This document shows, in pieces, positions 32,312-43,139 of a DNA stretch of 64,000 nt; position 1 is the first letter of the stretch; each line of letters starts with the position of its first letter. Made by a program: the position numbers and the translations under genes. Source of the stretch: an uncultured cyanobacterium (GTDB taxonomy: Bacteria > Cyanobacteriota > Cyanobacteriia > Cyanobacteriales > Cyanobacteriaceae); contig CAVQBA010000007.1 in assembly GCA_963710605.1 (NCBI GenBank), forward strand, positions 502,416 to 566,415, in the 5' to 3' direction. The notes under the pieces are model-generated. The model was not told the DNA's origin. It saw only the letters and a program-made list of their open reading frames with translations, and searched no databases.

Positions 32312-32943
32312 TTAGAAAAGAAGATCGATCGTTATTTCCGACTGTATTACTTTTTCAGGATCGTCATCCCATTTTCGGGGATTATTAATAATATATTGAC
32401 GAATATTATCTAATTGTTTTTGGTCACGAATAATTGATTCATAATAATTTTTTTGCCAAACACGAATATTGCGATCGACACAAATACTTTTAATTTGTCT
32501 GGTGACGGCAGACTTAAAACCCGAAACAAACGTCGAAAGCGATTTCGGTTTACGTTGCCAACCCGACTGTAGGGGTGCAAGCGGTCAGAACCCGCTCAGG
32601 AGCGTAAGACGCAAGGGAACGCTGACCAAGACAGGTTTGCACCCTGATTATCTTTATCCTGATGAAGATTTCCATTATTATCAATCACAACAATCCCATG
32701 AATATGATTAGGCATCACAACCCATTCGTCAAATTCAATTTCTTTTCTGATTTCACTTGAGTTTAACCATTCTTCCACAACCAAATTACCTATTTGATTA
32801 CGAATCATTTTTTCTTGAATAATTTCACCAAACAGACATTGTTTTTGGTAGGTACAAATAGTGACAAAATAATATCCAGACAGTGAATAATCATAGTTTG
32901 GTAAACGTATCGATCGACGATGATGATAATCTTGCAAATTCAT
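32312..32943 (-). pseudogene. REP-associated tyrosine transposase (RAYT/TnpA-REP, Y1 HUH), interrupted
   Basis: HHRRSIRLPNYDYS..YFVTICT and HUH motif MPNHIHGI. After the insert come RKPKSLSTFVSGFKSAVT, WQKNYYESIIR and IRQYIINNP (catalytic Tyr). Removing 53 nt gives a 192-aa ORF. Confidence 0.92.
32581..32632 (+). mobile_element. 52-nt structured mini-element inserted in a REP inside the RAYT gene
   Basis: GCGGTCAGAACCCGCTCAGGAGCGTAAGACGCAAGGGAACGCTGACCAAGAC splits GTAGGGGTGCAA / GGTTTGCACCCT. Two related copies lie at 48107-48209. Confidence 0.85.
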
Positions 32944-33130
32944 TATTTTACTCTCGATTAAGCATAAGCAAAAATTATATAATAGAAATTAAAGTTAAGT
33001 AAATCATGTAAAGTCTGTATTTTATTGCTTTACTTAAATATTAATCGTAATTAAAAATACCAAATATAGATCGATCAATCTAATTTCTTGCTACGATGAA
33101 GCATTAAATAAATAATTTAATAGTCAAGCG

Positions 33131-33976
33131 ATGGTTAATCTTAAAAGTAAATTAAGTTGGACAAATAAAATCGACAAACTGATGTTTGTTTTCGCTAGTT
33201 TGTATCTAATCACTACCTTAGGTTGGTTATGGAAACAACAACAACAATCCCAGATGTCAGCTAATACGATCGTTACTGAAGAAAACATTACTACATCCAC
33301 TGATATAGCATCTGATAATAATCAAGCTAGCGAATTACAACCATTGATACCCTTACCGACAATAGACGAAACATCGAACAACACTTTAATTGATTTAGCC
33401 AAAATCTCTCAGACAACAAATGCTACTCCGATTAATCTTCCGCCACCGTTACCACCACAACCCACCACTAATATTGTCGAAAATTTATCCCCTGTTGAAA
33501 TAATCATTGAAGAAAAACCGCCAGCAAAAACAACCAAAAAAGTCTCATCACCTATTGCTAAGACTACCTCATCAACATCGCCTCAGAAAGTAAAAAAAGA
33601 AGTATCACCAAAAACTGTTTCTGCCCCCAAAAAACTTGCTCAAGTACCCACCATCGACAGTTTGCAATCATCAATTCAACAAGAATCGAAAGTTCAGCAA
33701 CAATCAACGGTTAATACTACTTCAGAATCTAAAACTGAAACGATTACGACAAATAACTTTAAACAATTAGATTATCAATACAGTTTAGTCGGTGTAGTAC
33801 AATTACCCGAAGCTGAAAATTTTGCTTTGTTCAAGATAAATAGTTTAACCGAAAAAATATCTGTTGGGGCAGAAATTGGTACAAGTGGTTGGGTTTTGAT
33901 GGGAGTCAACGGCACGCAAGCCACTATTAGCCGTCAAAATAAATCTCTCAATATTCGGGTAGGAGAAACTTTTTAA
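33131..33976 (+). CDS. Hypothetical membrane-anchored protein (Pro/Thr-rich linker, small C-terminal beta domain)
   Basis: N-terminal TM. C-terminal LVGVVQL...ALFKIN...VGAEIGTSGWVL...IRVGETF is reminiscent of PilP/GspC-type domains. Confidence 0.75.
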   Translation: MVNLKSKLSWTNKIDKLMFVFASLYLITTLGWLWKQQQQSQMSANTIVTEENITTSTDIASDNNQASELQPLIPLPTIDETSNNTLIDLAKISQTTNATPINLPPPLPPQPTTNIVENLSPVEIIIEEKPPAKTTKKVSSPIAKTTSSTSPQKVKKEVSPKTVSAPKKLAQVPTIDSLQSSIQQESKVQQQSTVNTTSESKTETITTNNFKQLDYQYSLVGVVQLPEAENFALFKINSLTEKISVGAEIGTSGWVLMGVNGTQATISRQNKSLNIRVGETF

Positions 33977-34114
33977 TCGATAGTTAGATGATAAGCTAAT
34001 TTTTTTGGGGATTTAACTAGTTAAACATTATTAATTAAAGGTATATTGAAAACAAGAAGCGATCGTGCTTATCATTGAATATTAACTACTATTTATTTAT
34101 TTATAATTAATATT

Positions 34115-34663
34115 ATGGGCTTATTTGAAGATTTTGGAACTTTCTTAGAATCTCGTTTAGATGAATTTTTACAAAGTAATCCTGAGCTAAATTTAACACT
34201 TTTAGGTCAAGAAATTAAACAACAAAAAAAAGATACTTTACAACTAATTTCTAATTTAGAGTCACAGCAAAAAAACTTAGAAAGCAAAATTGTCTCTCTA
34301 GGTCAAGAAATTTCTGGTTGGCATAGTCGAATAGAAAAAGCTAAACAAGGACAAAGATTTGATTTGGCTCAAGAAGCAGAGAAAAGACAAGCATCTTTAC
34401 TAAAAGACGGTAATCTTACTTGGCAAAAAATGGAAGAAGTCAAACAGAAAAATGTCCAAGCCAAAAAATTAATGGTTACCTTAGAAGAAAAACAAAGAGA
34501 GCTTAATTTGAAGATGGAACAACTTAAAAAAGAAACGAAAACTTATTCAGCACCAAATAAAACTGCTACTAATAAATATACTCCTGATAATGATTTAGAA
34601 ATTAAATTCCAACAATGGGAAGTAGAACAAGAATTACAAAAAATGAAAGAAAATTTATCTTAA
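34115..34663 (+). CDS. TIGR04376-like coiled-coil protein (PspA-related)
   Basis: MGLFEDFGTFLESRLDEFLQSNPEL...WHSRIEKAK..RFDLAQEAEKR...DLEIKFQQWE. Confidence 0.8.
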   Translation: MGLFEDFGTFLESRLDEFLQSNPELNLTLLGQEIKQQKKDTLQLISNLESQQKNLESKIVSLGQEISGWHSRIEKAKQGQRFDLAQEAEKRQASLLKDGNLTWQKMEEVKQKNVQAKKLMVTLEEKQRELNLKMEQLKKETKTYSAPNKTATNKYTPDNDLEIKFQQWEVEQELQKMKENLS

Positions 34664-34840
34664 AATAATACAAAAAATCAGTTTAATTCTCTTGAAAAAA
34701 GAATAAGTAAAAGAATAAAAATCTTCAAATAATCACAAGCTTTTAACGATAATTTGTTTATTTTTTAATCTTAATAGGGCGATAAAACGCCCATATTATT
34801 TATTTTTTTTAATAATTATGAAATATCGTGAATTGAACTT

Positions 34841-35320
34841 TTATGACATTTTACCGATAATTTTTAGCACAATTTGCATACCACTTACAGCTTGCCAACC
34901 AAAAACTAATAACATACTCATATTAATGCCCACATGACTTAATCTGGCTAAATCATTACCTTTTTTCATGTAAGGAACTAATGAAGCAGAAACAGCTACC
35001 ATAGACATCATTCCTAAGCCAGCAAGTAGGTGAGGTCCGACAAATAATTTACCGTTGTTAATGTAGGTAGCTGCCATACCACCAACTGTACCTAAGACAA
35101 CCAAAGCTAAAAAAATTGAGCCAACTTGATGATGACGCTCTTTGAAATTGCCTTTGATTAATTCTTTTCTGGTTTCTTTATCTGTCTCTGGTACACGAAT
35201 TTTTTTAGCTTTAAGACCTAAATATAACGCATATATAGCCATACCAAATAATACCCACATCAAAATTGGATGGGTAAATTGTGACCATGTTTTAATCGAT
35301 TCGGGAATTTCAAAATTCAT
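34841..35320 (-). CDS. DUF4079-family membrane protein
   Basis: HPILMWVL..YALYLG, HHQVGS, NGKLFVGPHLLAGLGM, ARLSH. Confidence 0.85.
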   Translation of the reverse strand: MNFEIPESIKTWSQFTHPILMWVLFGMAIYALYLGLKAKKIRVPETDKETRKELIKGNFKERHHQVGSIFLALVVLGTVGGMAATYINNGKLFVGPHLLAGLGMMSMVAVSASLVPYMKKGNDLARLSHVGINMSMLLVFGWQAVSGMQIVLKIIGKMS

Positions 35321-35646
35321 TTTTATCTTATCCTATGATGAGCAAAAATTCAGATAACTTTACACAATAATATATCATTTAACAGTGCCAAGAGTGCCAA
35401 GAGTGAACAATTAACAATAAATAATTAACAGTAAATACTCCTGACTCCTGAAATTCTGAATTCTTATTTAATTCTTAATTATTACCCATCGTGAATTAAC
35501 AATACATTTAAACTACTTTATGTTGATTTGTGTAGCTCTCAATTAGAGAAAAAAAAGTAGAAGTAGAAGCAACCGTAATGCACAGAATCACAAGATTGTG
35601 TCACAATCAAAAGAAGAAATAAATAAGCACGATGTAGGAATAGAAG

Positions 35647-36333
35647 ATGAATTCACCAATTCAAGCGGTACAAGCACCCTATAGAGGAGATGCTTCATAT
35701 CGTACACCACCACCTGATTTACCATCTTTACTGTTAAAAGAGAGAATTGTTTATTTAGGTTTACCCCTTGTATCTTCTGATGAATATAAAGATCAATTAG
35801 GGGTAGATGTAACTGAATTGATTATCGCTCAATTATTATACTTACAATTTGACGATCCTGAAAAACCAATTTTTCTTTATATTAATTCTACAGGTACATC
35901 GTGGTATGGTGGAGATGCGATCGGTTTTGAAACAGAAGCCTTTGCTATTTGCGATACGATTAGCTACATAAAACCTCCGGTACATACTATCTGTTTAGGT
36001 CAAGCAATGGGTACAGCGGCGATGATTCTTGCTTCTGGTTCAAAAGGCTGTAGAGCAAGTTTACCCCATGCAACTATTATTCTTAATCAAGCCCGACAAG
36101 GAGCGCAAGGACAGGCTACAGATATTCAAATTCGGGCAAGAGAAGTCATTGCGAATAAAAAAATGATGATTAATATACTCTCGGAAAAAACTGGACAAGC
36201 ACCAGAACAAATTGAGAAAGATACCGATCGTATGTTTTATCTTAATCCTGAACAAGCAAAAGAATACGGTTTAATTGACAAAATTTTAGAAAGTACTACG
36301 CAATTACCTGTACCTGTACCTGGTGTTAGATAA
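35647..36333 (+). CDS. clpR: Non-catalytic Clp protease subunit ClpR
   Basis: RTPPPDLPSLLLKERIVYLG. The catalytic Ser and His are replaced (GQAMGTAA; ILNQ). Confidence 0.95.
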   Translation: MNSPIQAVQAPYRGDASYRTPPPDLPSLLLKERIVYLGLPLVSSDEYKDQLGVDVTELIIAQLLYLQFDDPEKPIFLYINSTGTSWYGGDAIGFETEAFAICDTISYIKPPVHTICLGQAMGTAAMILASGSKGCRASLPHATIILNQARQGAQGQATDIQIRAREVIANKKMMINILSEKTGQAPEQIEKDTDRMFYLNPEQAKEYGLIDKILESTTQLPVPVPGVR

Positions 36334-36403
36334 CATTTGCATTTTACACCATTAAATTACTTTACCTTTTCACTAAATTTATCTTACTGAGGAAATAAAT
36401 AAA

Positions 36404-37003
36404 ATGCCTATTGGAGTACCAAGAGTACCATATCAATTACCCGGACAAGCATACAGCGACTGGGTTAATATTTACGATCGTCTTTATCGAGAAAGAATTA
36501 TCTTTCTAGGAAGAGGAGTAAATGACGGTATCGCCAATCAAATTATTGCCGTAATGCTCTATCTTGATTCAGAAGATAACACCAAACCAATTTATCTTTA
36601 CATCAACTCTCCAGGTGGTTCAGTCACCGCCGGTTTGGCTATCTATGACACTATACAACACATTAAATCTGACGTTGTTACCATTTGTGTCGGTTTAGCC
36701 GCTTCTATGGGTGCATTCTTACTCACTTCTGGAACGAAAGGTAAACGTTTGGCATTACCTCATTCTCGGATTATGATTCACCAACCTTTAGGTGGTGTAC
36801 AAGGGCGACGTCAAGCAACTGATATTGAAATTGAAGCTAAAGAAATTATTCGGATTAAAGGTGACTTGAACCAAATGATGGCTCATCATACAGGTCAAAC
36901 GATCGAAAAAATTGAAAAAGATACCGATCGTGATTACTTTATGTCTGCTCATGAAGCTAAAGAATATGGTCTTATTGATAAAGTGATTGAAGATAGAGTT
37001 TAG
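36404..37003 (+). CDS. clpP: ATP-dependent Clp protease proteolytic subunit (ClpP3 type)
   Basis: [33 protein letters not shown]. Paired with clpR. Confidence 0.97.
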   Translation: MPIGVPRVPYQLPGQAYSDWVNIYDRLYRERIIFLGRGVNDGIANQIIAVMLYLDSEDNTKPIYLYINSPGGSVTAGLAIYDTIQHIKSDVVTICVGLAASMGAFLLTSGTKGKRLALPHSRIMIHQPLGGVQGRRQATDIEIEAKEIIRIKGDLNQMMAHHTGQTIEKIEKDTDRDYFMSAHEAKEYGLIDKVIEDRV

Positions 37004-37480
37004 TCTAGTTGTCATTTTAATCATAGATTGCTTATAAATCCCCCTAATCTTCTTTAGGGGGCTATTTTATTGGAGATATTTAAAAGGATTAGAAAAGTTT
37101 TTTGTTAGCTAATCATCAGCTTGTTTTTGCTTTTACCATTAAGTTTTTTACTATTTCAGAACTATCACGAATAACCCGAATGCAAGTACGAGTAATATGA
37201 GCAAATAAATACGATCGTCTTTCTAATTCTTATCATAAAAGGTTAAAGATATTTAAGATTATCAGAGAAAAATATCGTCACAAAAGACGAGAAGATAAAA
37301 GAAGATATGCGATTAATACTAAGAATATACAATTACGAAAGATAATTTTTATAACATTAAGATACAGCGATCGATCGATATTTGTAAATGGTCAGTATAA
37401 TCTACATATAGCGAGTATAATTTGGCAATAAATCTTTTGTTTAAGTACCGTTAATAAACTGATAATAAAAGCATAATTTT

Positions 37481-39046
37481 ATGAGTAAACTATTACTATT
37501 AGGTTTAGATGGTGGTGATATTAACTATATTCGATCTAGAGCATCTGTCTTACCTTGTTTTGCCAGTAAATTAAAGTCCGATCGATTATTAATTTTAGAC
37601 ACACCCAAAGCATTAAGTGGTTCGGTATGGCCAACATTTTATAACGGTGTTAATCCCGCAGTGCATGGTGTTTATCAACATTTGGTTTGGGATGCTCAAA
37701 ACATGGCGATTAGATTGATTGGAAATGATTGGTGTTACAATCGACCTTTTTGGCAAGAGATAGAAGACAAATTAAATAAAAAAGCAATGGTGTTAGATAT
37801 TCCCTACAGCTTTGCTAACACCCTTAATCAAGGCGTACAAATTATCGATTGGGCTAGTCACGGACAAACTTTTCCTACTAATTGTAATTGTCCACAAGCT
37901 CAAGCTATTTTAAAGAAAATTGGCAAAAGCCCCATTAAAAGAGAAACTCCAATTGAAAAAAACCCTCATCAACTACAAAAGATCGAACAAAGTATCTTGA
38001 AAAGTGCTCAGTTGAAAGGAAAATTAATTCAAGAATTAGCAACCAAGATCGATTACGATTTGTTTATTGCCGTTTTTGCGGAAACCCATCGAGGTGGACA
38101 CGCATTTTTTGGTGATGAAGACGAACAAGACTTTAATGGTAATATCACACCTAATTTAAGAATATATCAGGCAGTCGATCGAGCTATTGCCGAAATTATT
38201 GCTAATGTGGATGACGATACTCAAGTAGTTATATTTTCCGTTCATGGTATGGCAAGAGATTATTCTCAAGGACATATTACTCGCCCCGTGATGAAGAAAA
38301 TTAATGAAGTATTTTTAGAAAAATATTGTCAGATTCCTCCTCGCCCTCAAGTCAAAGCTAATAGTATTGTGCCTTATTTACGAAAAGTTGTTCCTTCTCA
38401 GTTGCAATACTTTGTGGGTGCTAATTCCCCTGATTTTGTCAGACGATGGGTAGTAGAAAAAGAAATTATTGGTGGTTTGGATTGGAGTCGAACCCCTTGC
38501 TTTGTCTTACGATCGGATATTAGAACAGAATTAAGATACAATTTAATCGATCGAGAATCTCAAGGTTTTTTAGAAGCTAATAGCACATTACATAAGCAAT
38601 ACACTAATTTTTGTCGAGAAGTACTTTTTAGTATAGAAGATGCTGAAACTCAAGAGAAACTAGTTGATGATTTAATTGATACTCGTCAAGAGTTTTCAGG
38701 TCAAAATAGCGATCGTTTACCCGATTTAGTGATTTGTTGGCAACGGGGTAAACCTCCAGTCAGATCGGTTTATTCACCACTAATAGGGCGTATTGAAGTC
38801 AAACCTTCAGGAGCTAGAACAGGTGATCACCCTGACACAGATAGTGGTTTTATTATTATTCCTCCTGAATTAGAAAACCTCTCTCCTTTAAATAAAGTTG
38901 AAGATTTTGCTGGTTTTTGCCATAATTTTTTCAATAAGGACATTTCCCTGAAAAAAAGTACCAACCCCTCTCCAGCACTTTTACCTCACTCCCAGCCCCT
39001 CTCCTCTCAGGAGAGGGGAGTTAGAATTAAAAAAAACTTATGGTAA
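37481..39046 (+). CDS. Alkaline phosphatase superfamily (NPP-like) protein
   Basis: LLLLGLDGG, SGSVWPTFYNG.NPAVHG, ETHRGGH, FSVHGM, LDWSRT, PDLVICW, TGDH. Confidence 0.85.
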   Translation: MSKLLLLGLDGGDINYIRSRASVLPCFASKLKSDRLLILDTPKALSGSVWPTFYNGVNPAVHGVYQHLVWDAQNMAIRLIGNDWCYNRPFWQEIEDKLNKKAMVLDIPYSFANTLNQGVQIIDWASHGQTFPTNCNCPQAQAILKKIGKSPIKRETPIEKNPHQLQKIEQSILKSAQLKGKLIQELATKIDYDLFIAVFAETHRGGHAFFGDEDEQDFNGNITPNLRIYQAVDRAIAEIIANVDDDTQVVIFSVHGMARDYSQGHITRPVMKKINEVFLEKYCQIPPRPQVKANSIVPYLRKVVPSQLQYFVGANSPDFVRRWVVEKEIIGGLDWSRTPCFVLRSDIRTELRYNLIDRESQGFLEANSTLHKQYTNFCREVLFSIEDAETQEKLVDDLIDTRQEFSGQNSDRLPDLVICWQRGKPPVRSVYSPLIGRIEVKPSGARTGDHPDTDSGFIIIPPELENLSPLNKVEDFAGFCHNFFNKDISLKKSTNPSPALLPHSQPLSSQERGVRIKKNLW

Positions 39047-39151
39047 TCACTTCTGGTATTTTTATTAGTAGAAATTACCCTAACTTTTAACTTTTAACTT
39101 TATTTTGCCTCTTGCCTCTTTTCACTAGTAAACTTAGATGCGAACTAGCTT

Positions 39152-40195
39152 ATGATTTATAAAAATCCGCTACGTTACCTGCAAAGTATTTATCGTCAAT
39201 TTTTACCCCTTACTCAAACCGTTGGAGGAGTAATTGACGATCGACAATCGGTAGAAATGGCTTACAGTACTCTTGGTAGAACTAATCTAAAAATTAGTGT
39301 CATGTCTTTAGGCTGTGGTGGACATAGTCGTTTAGGATTACGATCGGGAAAAAGTAAAAAGGAAGTAAAAGTATTAATAAAACGGGCTTTGGATTTAGGG
39401 ATTAATTGTATTGACACTGCTAACGATTATGGTACAGAACTTTTTATTGGTAATTTTATCCAAGATATACCCAGAGATAAATTGATTCTTTCTAGTAAGA
39501 TTCGTAGTCGCAATTTATTTAAACAGCAGATTAGTGAAAAAATGTTGACTAAATCTCTCGAAAAATCCTTACGAGATTTACAAACTGATTATATAGATAT
39601 TTATCATTTAGCTTCGGTTTCTCCTCAAGACTACAGTTATGTGCAACAAGAATTAATCCCCTGTTTACAAAAGCACCAACAAGCAGGAAAAATACGTTAT
39701 TTGGGTATCACCGAACAATTTAACCGAGATACTAGTCATCAAATGCTCCAATTAGCATTAAAAGATGATTGTTGGGATGTAATGATGGTAGGTTTCAATC
39801 TTTTTAATCAATCTGCTCGTGATTTAGTTTTTCCCCTTACTCAAGACAAAAATATTGGTGTGATGGTGATGTATGCAGTGCGTAAAGCCTTAAAATCAGC
39901 AGAGCAATTTCAAGAAGCAGTCAAAACGTTACAAGAATCAGGGAATTTAACCACCGATAAAACAACTCAAGAAATTCTGGGGGAGTTACTGGGTAATTCT
40001 CATCAAACTATCCAAGACATAGCTTATCGTTATTGCCGTCATCAACAAGGAGTCAACACCGTACTTTCTGGCACTGGTAGTTTAACTCACTTAGAAGAAA
40101 ATATCCTTTCTTTAAATCGCCCCTGTTTACCATCGAATAAATTAGAAACGATCGAGGATTTATTTCGTAATGTTAAAGATTTTTCGGGAAATTAA
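39152..40195 (+). CDS. Aldo/keto reductase
   Basis: LGRTNLKISVMSLG, GINCIDTANDYG, SLRDLQTDYIDIYHL, GKIRYLGIT. Confidence 0.92.
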   Translation: MIYKNPLRYLQSIYRQFLPLTQTVGGVIDDRQSVEMAYSTLGRTNLKISVMSLGCGGHSRLGLRSGKSKKEVKVLIKRALDLGINCIDTANDYGTELFIGNFIQDIPRDKLILSSKIRSRNLFKQQISEKMLTKSLEKSLRDLQTDYIDIYHLASVSPQDYSYVQQELIPCLQKHQQAGKIRYLGITEQFNRDTSHQMLQLALKDDCWDVMMVGFNLFNQSARDLVFPLTQDKNIGVMVMYAVRKALKSAEQFQEAVKTLQESGNLTTDKTTQEILGELLGNSHQTIQDIAYRYCRHQQGVNTVLSGTGSLTHLEENILSLNRPCLPSNKLETIEDLFRNVKDFSGN

Positions 40196-40393
40196 ACACA
40201 TCGAGAGAAAGTGAATTACCATAAACAGATTAAAGTGTTTCAAGTCTGTCATCAAGAGCGAAAACTAAACCGAAAAAATTCTGTAAATTCAATCGTTCTG
40301 TTCTATTGAGATAAAAACATTAAAGGATTATTGACCGAAGAAGCGATCGTTTCAAAAATTTCAGATATTGTTTATTCAATTTAAAGATTAATT

Positions 40394-41878
40394 ATGGTCA
40401 CAGCAAATGAGCATCGTGTTTTAATGTTAGGTCTTGATTCAGCCGAAATTAGCTTTATAAAAAAGCATTTAGATCAATTTCCTAATCTATATCAGCTAAG
40501 TCAACAAGGATGTTTTCAAGGTTTAAAAAATTACTCTGATTATATGAGTGCCTGTGTTTGGTCAACATTTTACACGGGTTTGCCTCCAGGGGAGCATGGA
40601 TTTTATTACCCTATGCAATGGAATCCTGAAACTATGCAACTACGTAGAGTTTTACAAGATTGGTTTTATCTTGAGCCTTTTTGGTACGAACTAGCTAGAG
40701 AAGGTTATCCTGTCACCGCCGTGGATATACAAACCCAGTTTCCTAGTCGTACTCCTTTAGGTAAAGAGATTACTAATTGGGGTTCGCAATCGTATTTAGG
40801 AGGTAGTAGCAATCCCCCTGAGTTAATTAGGGAAGTCAATAAAAAATTTGGTAAGCATCCTATGGGGCATGATGTGGTGCTACCAAAAAATGAGCGACAA
40901 AGTAAAAAAATACTCCAAGAAATTTTTGCAGGATTGCAGACACGGGGACAATTATTCAGCTACATGATGACTGAGACTGATTGGAAGTTATTTTTAGGTG
41001 TCTTTACTGAAACCCATCGAGGGGGACATTATTTTTGGCCTTACGATGAAGATGATACCCGTTTATTATCGATTGTCCAAGCTGTTGATGCGGAAATTGG
41101 TAAGTTACTCAAGTTAGTGGATATGGATAAAACTACAGTCATAATTTTTTCTCTTCATGGTATGAGTGAAAACAGAACTCAAATGCACTTTTTACCCCAA
41201 ATAATGGATAGGATTAACATTGCTTTTTCTCATGAAGACAAAACCTATCCAGATAACCATCAAAATTCTTTAACTTCTAAAGGTTTGATGCGAACTCTGC
41301 GAGAAAATTTACCCACAAATATTCAATATTTGATTGCCGATAACACTCCCGACTCAGTTCGAGATTGGGTAGTCAACCGTCAGTTTATTGGTGCTTTAGA
41401 TTGGAGTAAAACCAGAGGATTTGTCATGCCTTCGGGAAGTGAAGGTTATATTAGACTGAATTTGAAAGGGCGAGAGCGTGATGGTTGTTTAACCTATGGA
41501 AGTGAGGAATATCAACAATATTGTGATTTTATTGTCAAATGTTTTAATTCCCTGAAAGTTGATGAAACTGGAGAATCTGTAGTTGAGAAAATTACTTTTT
41601 CCCAAGACACTTTTGCGGGTGCTAAATCTCACTTACTTCCAGATATTATTGTTAGTTGGAAAGGAATTGAGCCTGTGGCAAGATTAAAATCTGATATTCT
41701 GGGTACGATGAATGGAGAATTACAAACAGGGCGAGGTGGAAATCACTGGGGCGATGAAGGTTTTATTCTCACAGGTGGTAACGTTACCGAGGATGCACAG
41801 AAGTTAAACAATATTGCACAGTTAGCTGGTTTTGTTAAAAATTTAGTTCGTAATAATTCTGTTTCAGTTAAAGTTTAA
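40394..41878 (+). CDS. Alkaline phosphatase superfamily (NPP-like) protein, paralog of 37481-39046
   Basis: VLMLGLDSA, SACVWSTFYTG.PPGEHG, ETHRGGH, FSLHGM, LDWSKT, IRLNLKGRE, PDIIVSW, GGNH. Confidence 0.85.
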   Translation: MVTANEHRVLMLGLDSAEISFIKKHLDQFPNLYQLSQQGCFQGLKNYSDYMSACVWSTFYTGLPPGEHGFYYPMQWNPETMQLRRVLQDWFYLEPFWYELAREGYPVTAVDIQTQFPSRTPLGKEITNWGSQSYLGGSSNPPELIREVNKKFGKHPMGHDVVLPKNERQSKKILQEIFAGLQTRGQLFSYMMTETDWKLFLGVFTETHRGGHYFWPYDEDDTRLLSIVQAVDAEIGKLLKLVDMDKTTVIIFSLHGMSENRTQMHFLPQIMDRINIAFSHEDKTYPDNHQNSLTSKGLMRTLRENLPTNIQYLIADNTPDSVRDWVVNRQFIGALDWSKTRGFVMPSGSEGYIRLNLKGRERDGCLTYGSEEYQQYCDFIVKCFNSLKVDETGESVVEKITFSQDTFAGAKSHLLPDIIVSWKGIEPVARLKSDILGTMNGELQTGRGGNHWGDEGFILTGGNVTEDAQKLNNIAQLAGFVKNLVRNNSVSVKV

Positions 41879-41960
41879 CCTTATTATTATTAATAAAGGG
41901 TAAAGGTAATTATACGATCGAAATGTCTGATACTCATTCAAATAAGACTAGATTAAGTGA

Positions 41961-42125
41961 TATAGTCATTTCAATTAAGATTAAGACAGTAAGAACAATA
42001 CTGAAACCAAAGTATTAAACCCGCCTTGTTGAACTGTCGTGCAAGGCTAATATCCTGTTCGTTTAATAAATTAAACTTAAATTTAGATCCACAAAAGTGT
42101 CTCATTTTTATTTGAAACAACTATA
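41961..42125. mobile_element. 165-bp MITE with IS630/ISY100-like terminal inverted repeats
   Basis: Left end TATAGTCATTTCAATTAAGATTAAGACA versus reverse complement of the right end TATAGTTGTTTCAAATAAAAATGAGACA. TA-flanked. A diverged second copy starts at 51970. Confidence 0.8.
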
Positions 42126-42168
42126 TATATCAGCAATCAAACGTTTGCCCCTTGCACGAGTAATATAG

Positions 42169-43128
42169 ATGAATACAAAAATTCGCCGTCAACTATTATT
42201 ATTAGCCGTTTGTTTTGCGATCGCTTTAGTTGTTTATTCTGCTATCAAGACATGGGCAGGAATTACTGATTTTGGTGCTTTATTCGATCGTTTTTCTGGT
42301 TACACTCTGACCAAAATACTTTTATTTTCTATTTGTGCTTATACTTGTCGCTTCATTGCTTGGCATCTTAATTTAGTTTATTTAGGAGCAAAAGTACCGA
42401 TTATTTACGATTTGCAGTGTTATCTAGCAGGATACTTATTTTTACCAACTCCTGCTCGTGCTGGTACTTCTATTCGTATATTTTACTTACGTCAATATGT
42501 TCCTTATTCTATTAGTTTTATTGGCTTAATTTTAGAGCGTATTAATGATTTAGTTGCAACTATTATTTTTGCTTTATTTCTGGTTAAAAATATTTACTAT
42601 TGGATTTTAATTATCCCAATTTTGTTTCTATTATTTAAAAGCTCAAAGATAAAAAATAATAATAACTTAACTCTAAAATTATCAAAGTATATAGAAAAAG
42701 TGACACCTAATTTCTTAAAAGAAAAAGTAAGTAATTTATTGTCAGGAATAAAAGAAACAATGAAAACGAAACCTGCTCTTTTATCTTCACCTGCTTTCAT
42801 TTCATCACAAATACTATTTTGTTTGGCTTATATCAGCTATGGTTTAGTTGTTCATACAGCTTTAACTAACTTTGATATTAATATTCCTTATTTGCAGGTG
42901 ATTAGTATTTATAGTGCTAGTGTTTTCGTTAGTTCAATTTCTTTTCTTCCTGTTGGTTTAGGTGGTGCAGAAGTTATGATGATTATTTTTCTTTCTCTTT
43001 GGGGTGTGACAAAAGTCGATGCTGTCGCTGTTACTCTCATCTCTCGATTATGTACAATTTGGTTTATAGTTTTTGTTGGGTTAATCTCGACTTTTACTTT
43101 ATTTATTAGTCGAAAAAAAGTTAATTAA
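42169..43128 (+). CDS. Lysylphosphatidylglycerol synthase TM / flippase-like (UPF0104) membrane protein
   Basis: CRFIAW, TPARAG..IR, LERIND, LPVGLGGAE, LISRLCTIW. Confidence 0.85.
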   Translation: MNTKIRRQLLLLAVCFAIALVVYSAIKTWAGITDFGALFDRFSGYTLTKILLFSICAYTCRFIAWHLNLVYLGAKVPIIYDLQCYLAGYLFLPTPARAGTSIRIFYLRQYVPYSISFIGLILERINDLVATIIFALFLVKNIYYWILIIPILFLLFKSSKIKNNNNLTLKLSKYIEKVTPNFLKEKVSNLLSGIKETMKTKPALLSSPAFISSQILFCLAYISYGLVVHTALTNFDINIPYLQVISIYSASVFVSSISFLPVGLGGAEVMMIIFLSLWGVTKVDAVAVTLISRLCTIWFIVFVGLISTFTLFISRKKVN

Positions 43129-43139
43129 TCTCGTAATAT

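Noticed and set aside
32469-32711. 80-aa plus-strand ORF
   Set aside because: Antisense shadow of the RAYT gene running through the REP and mini-element.
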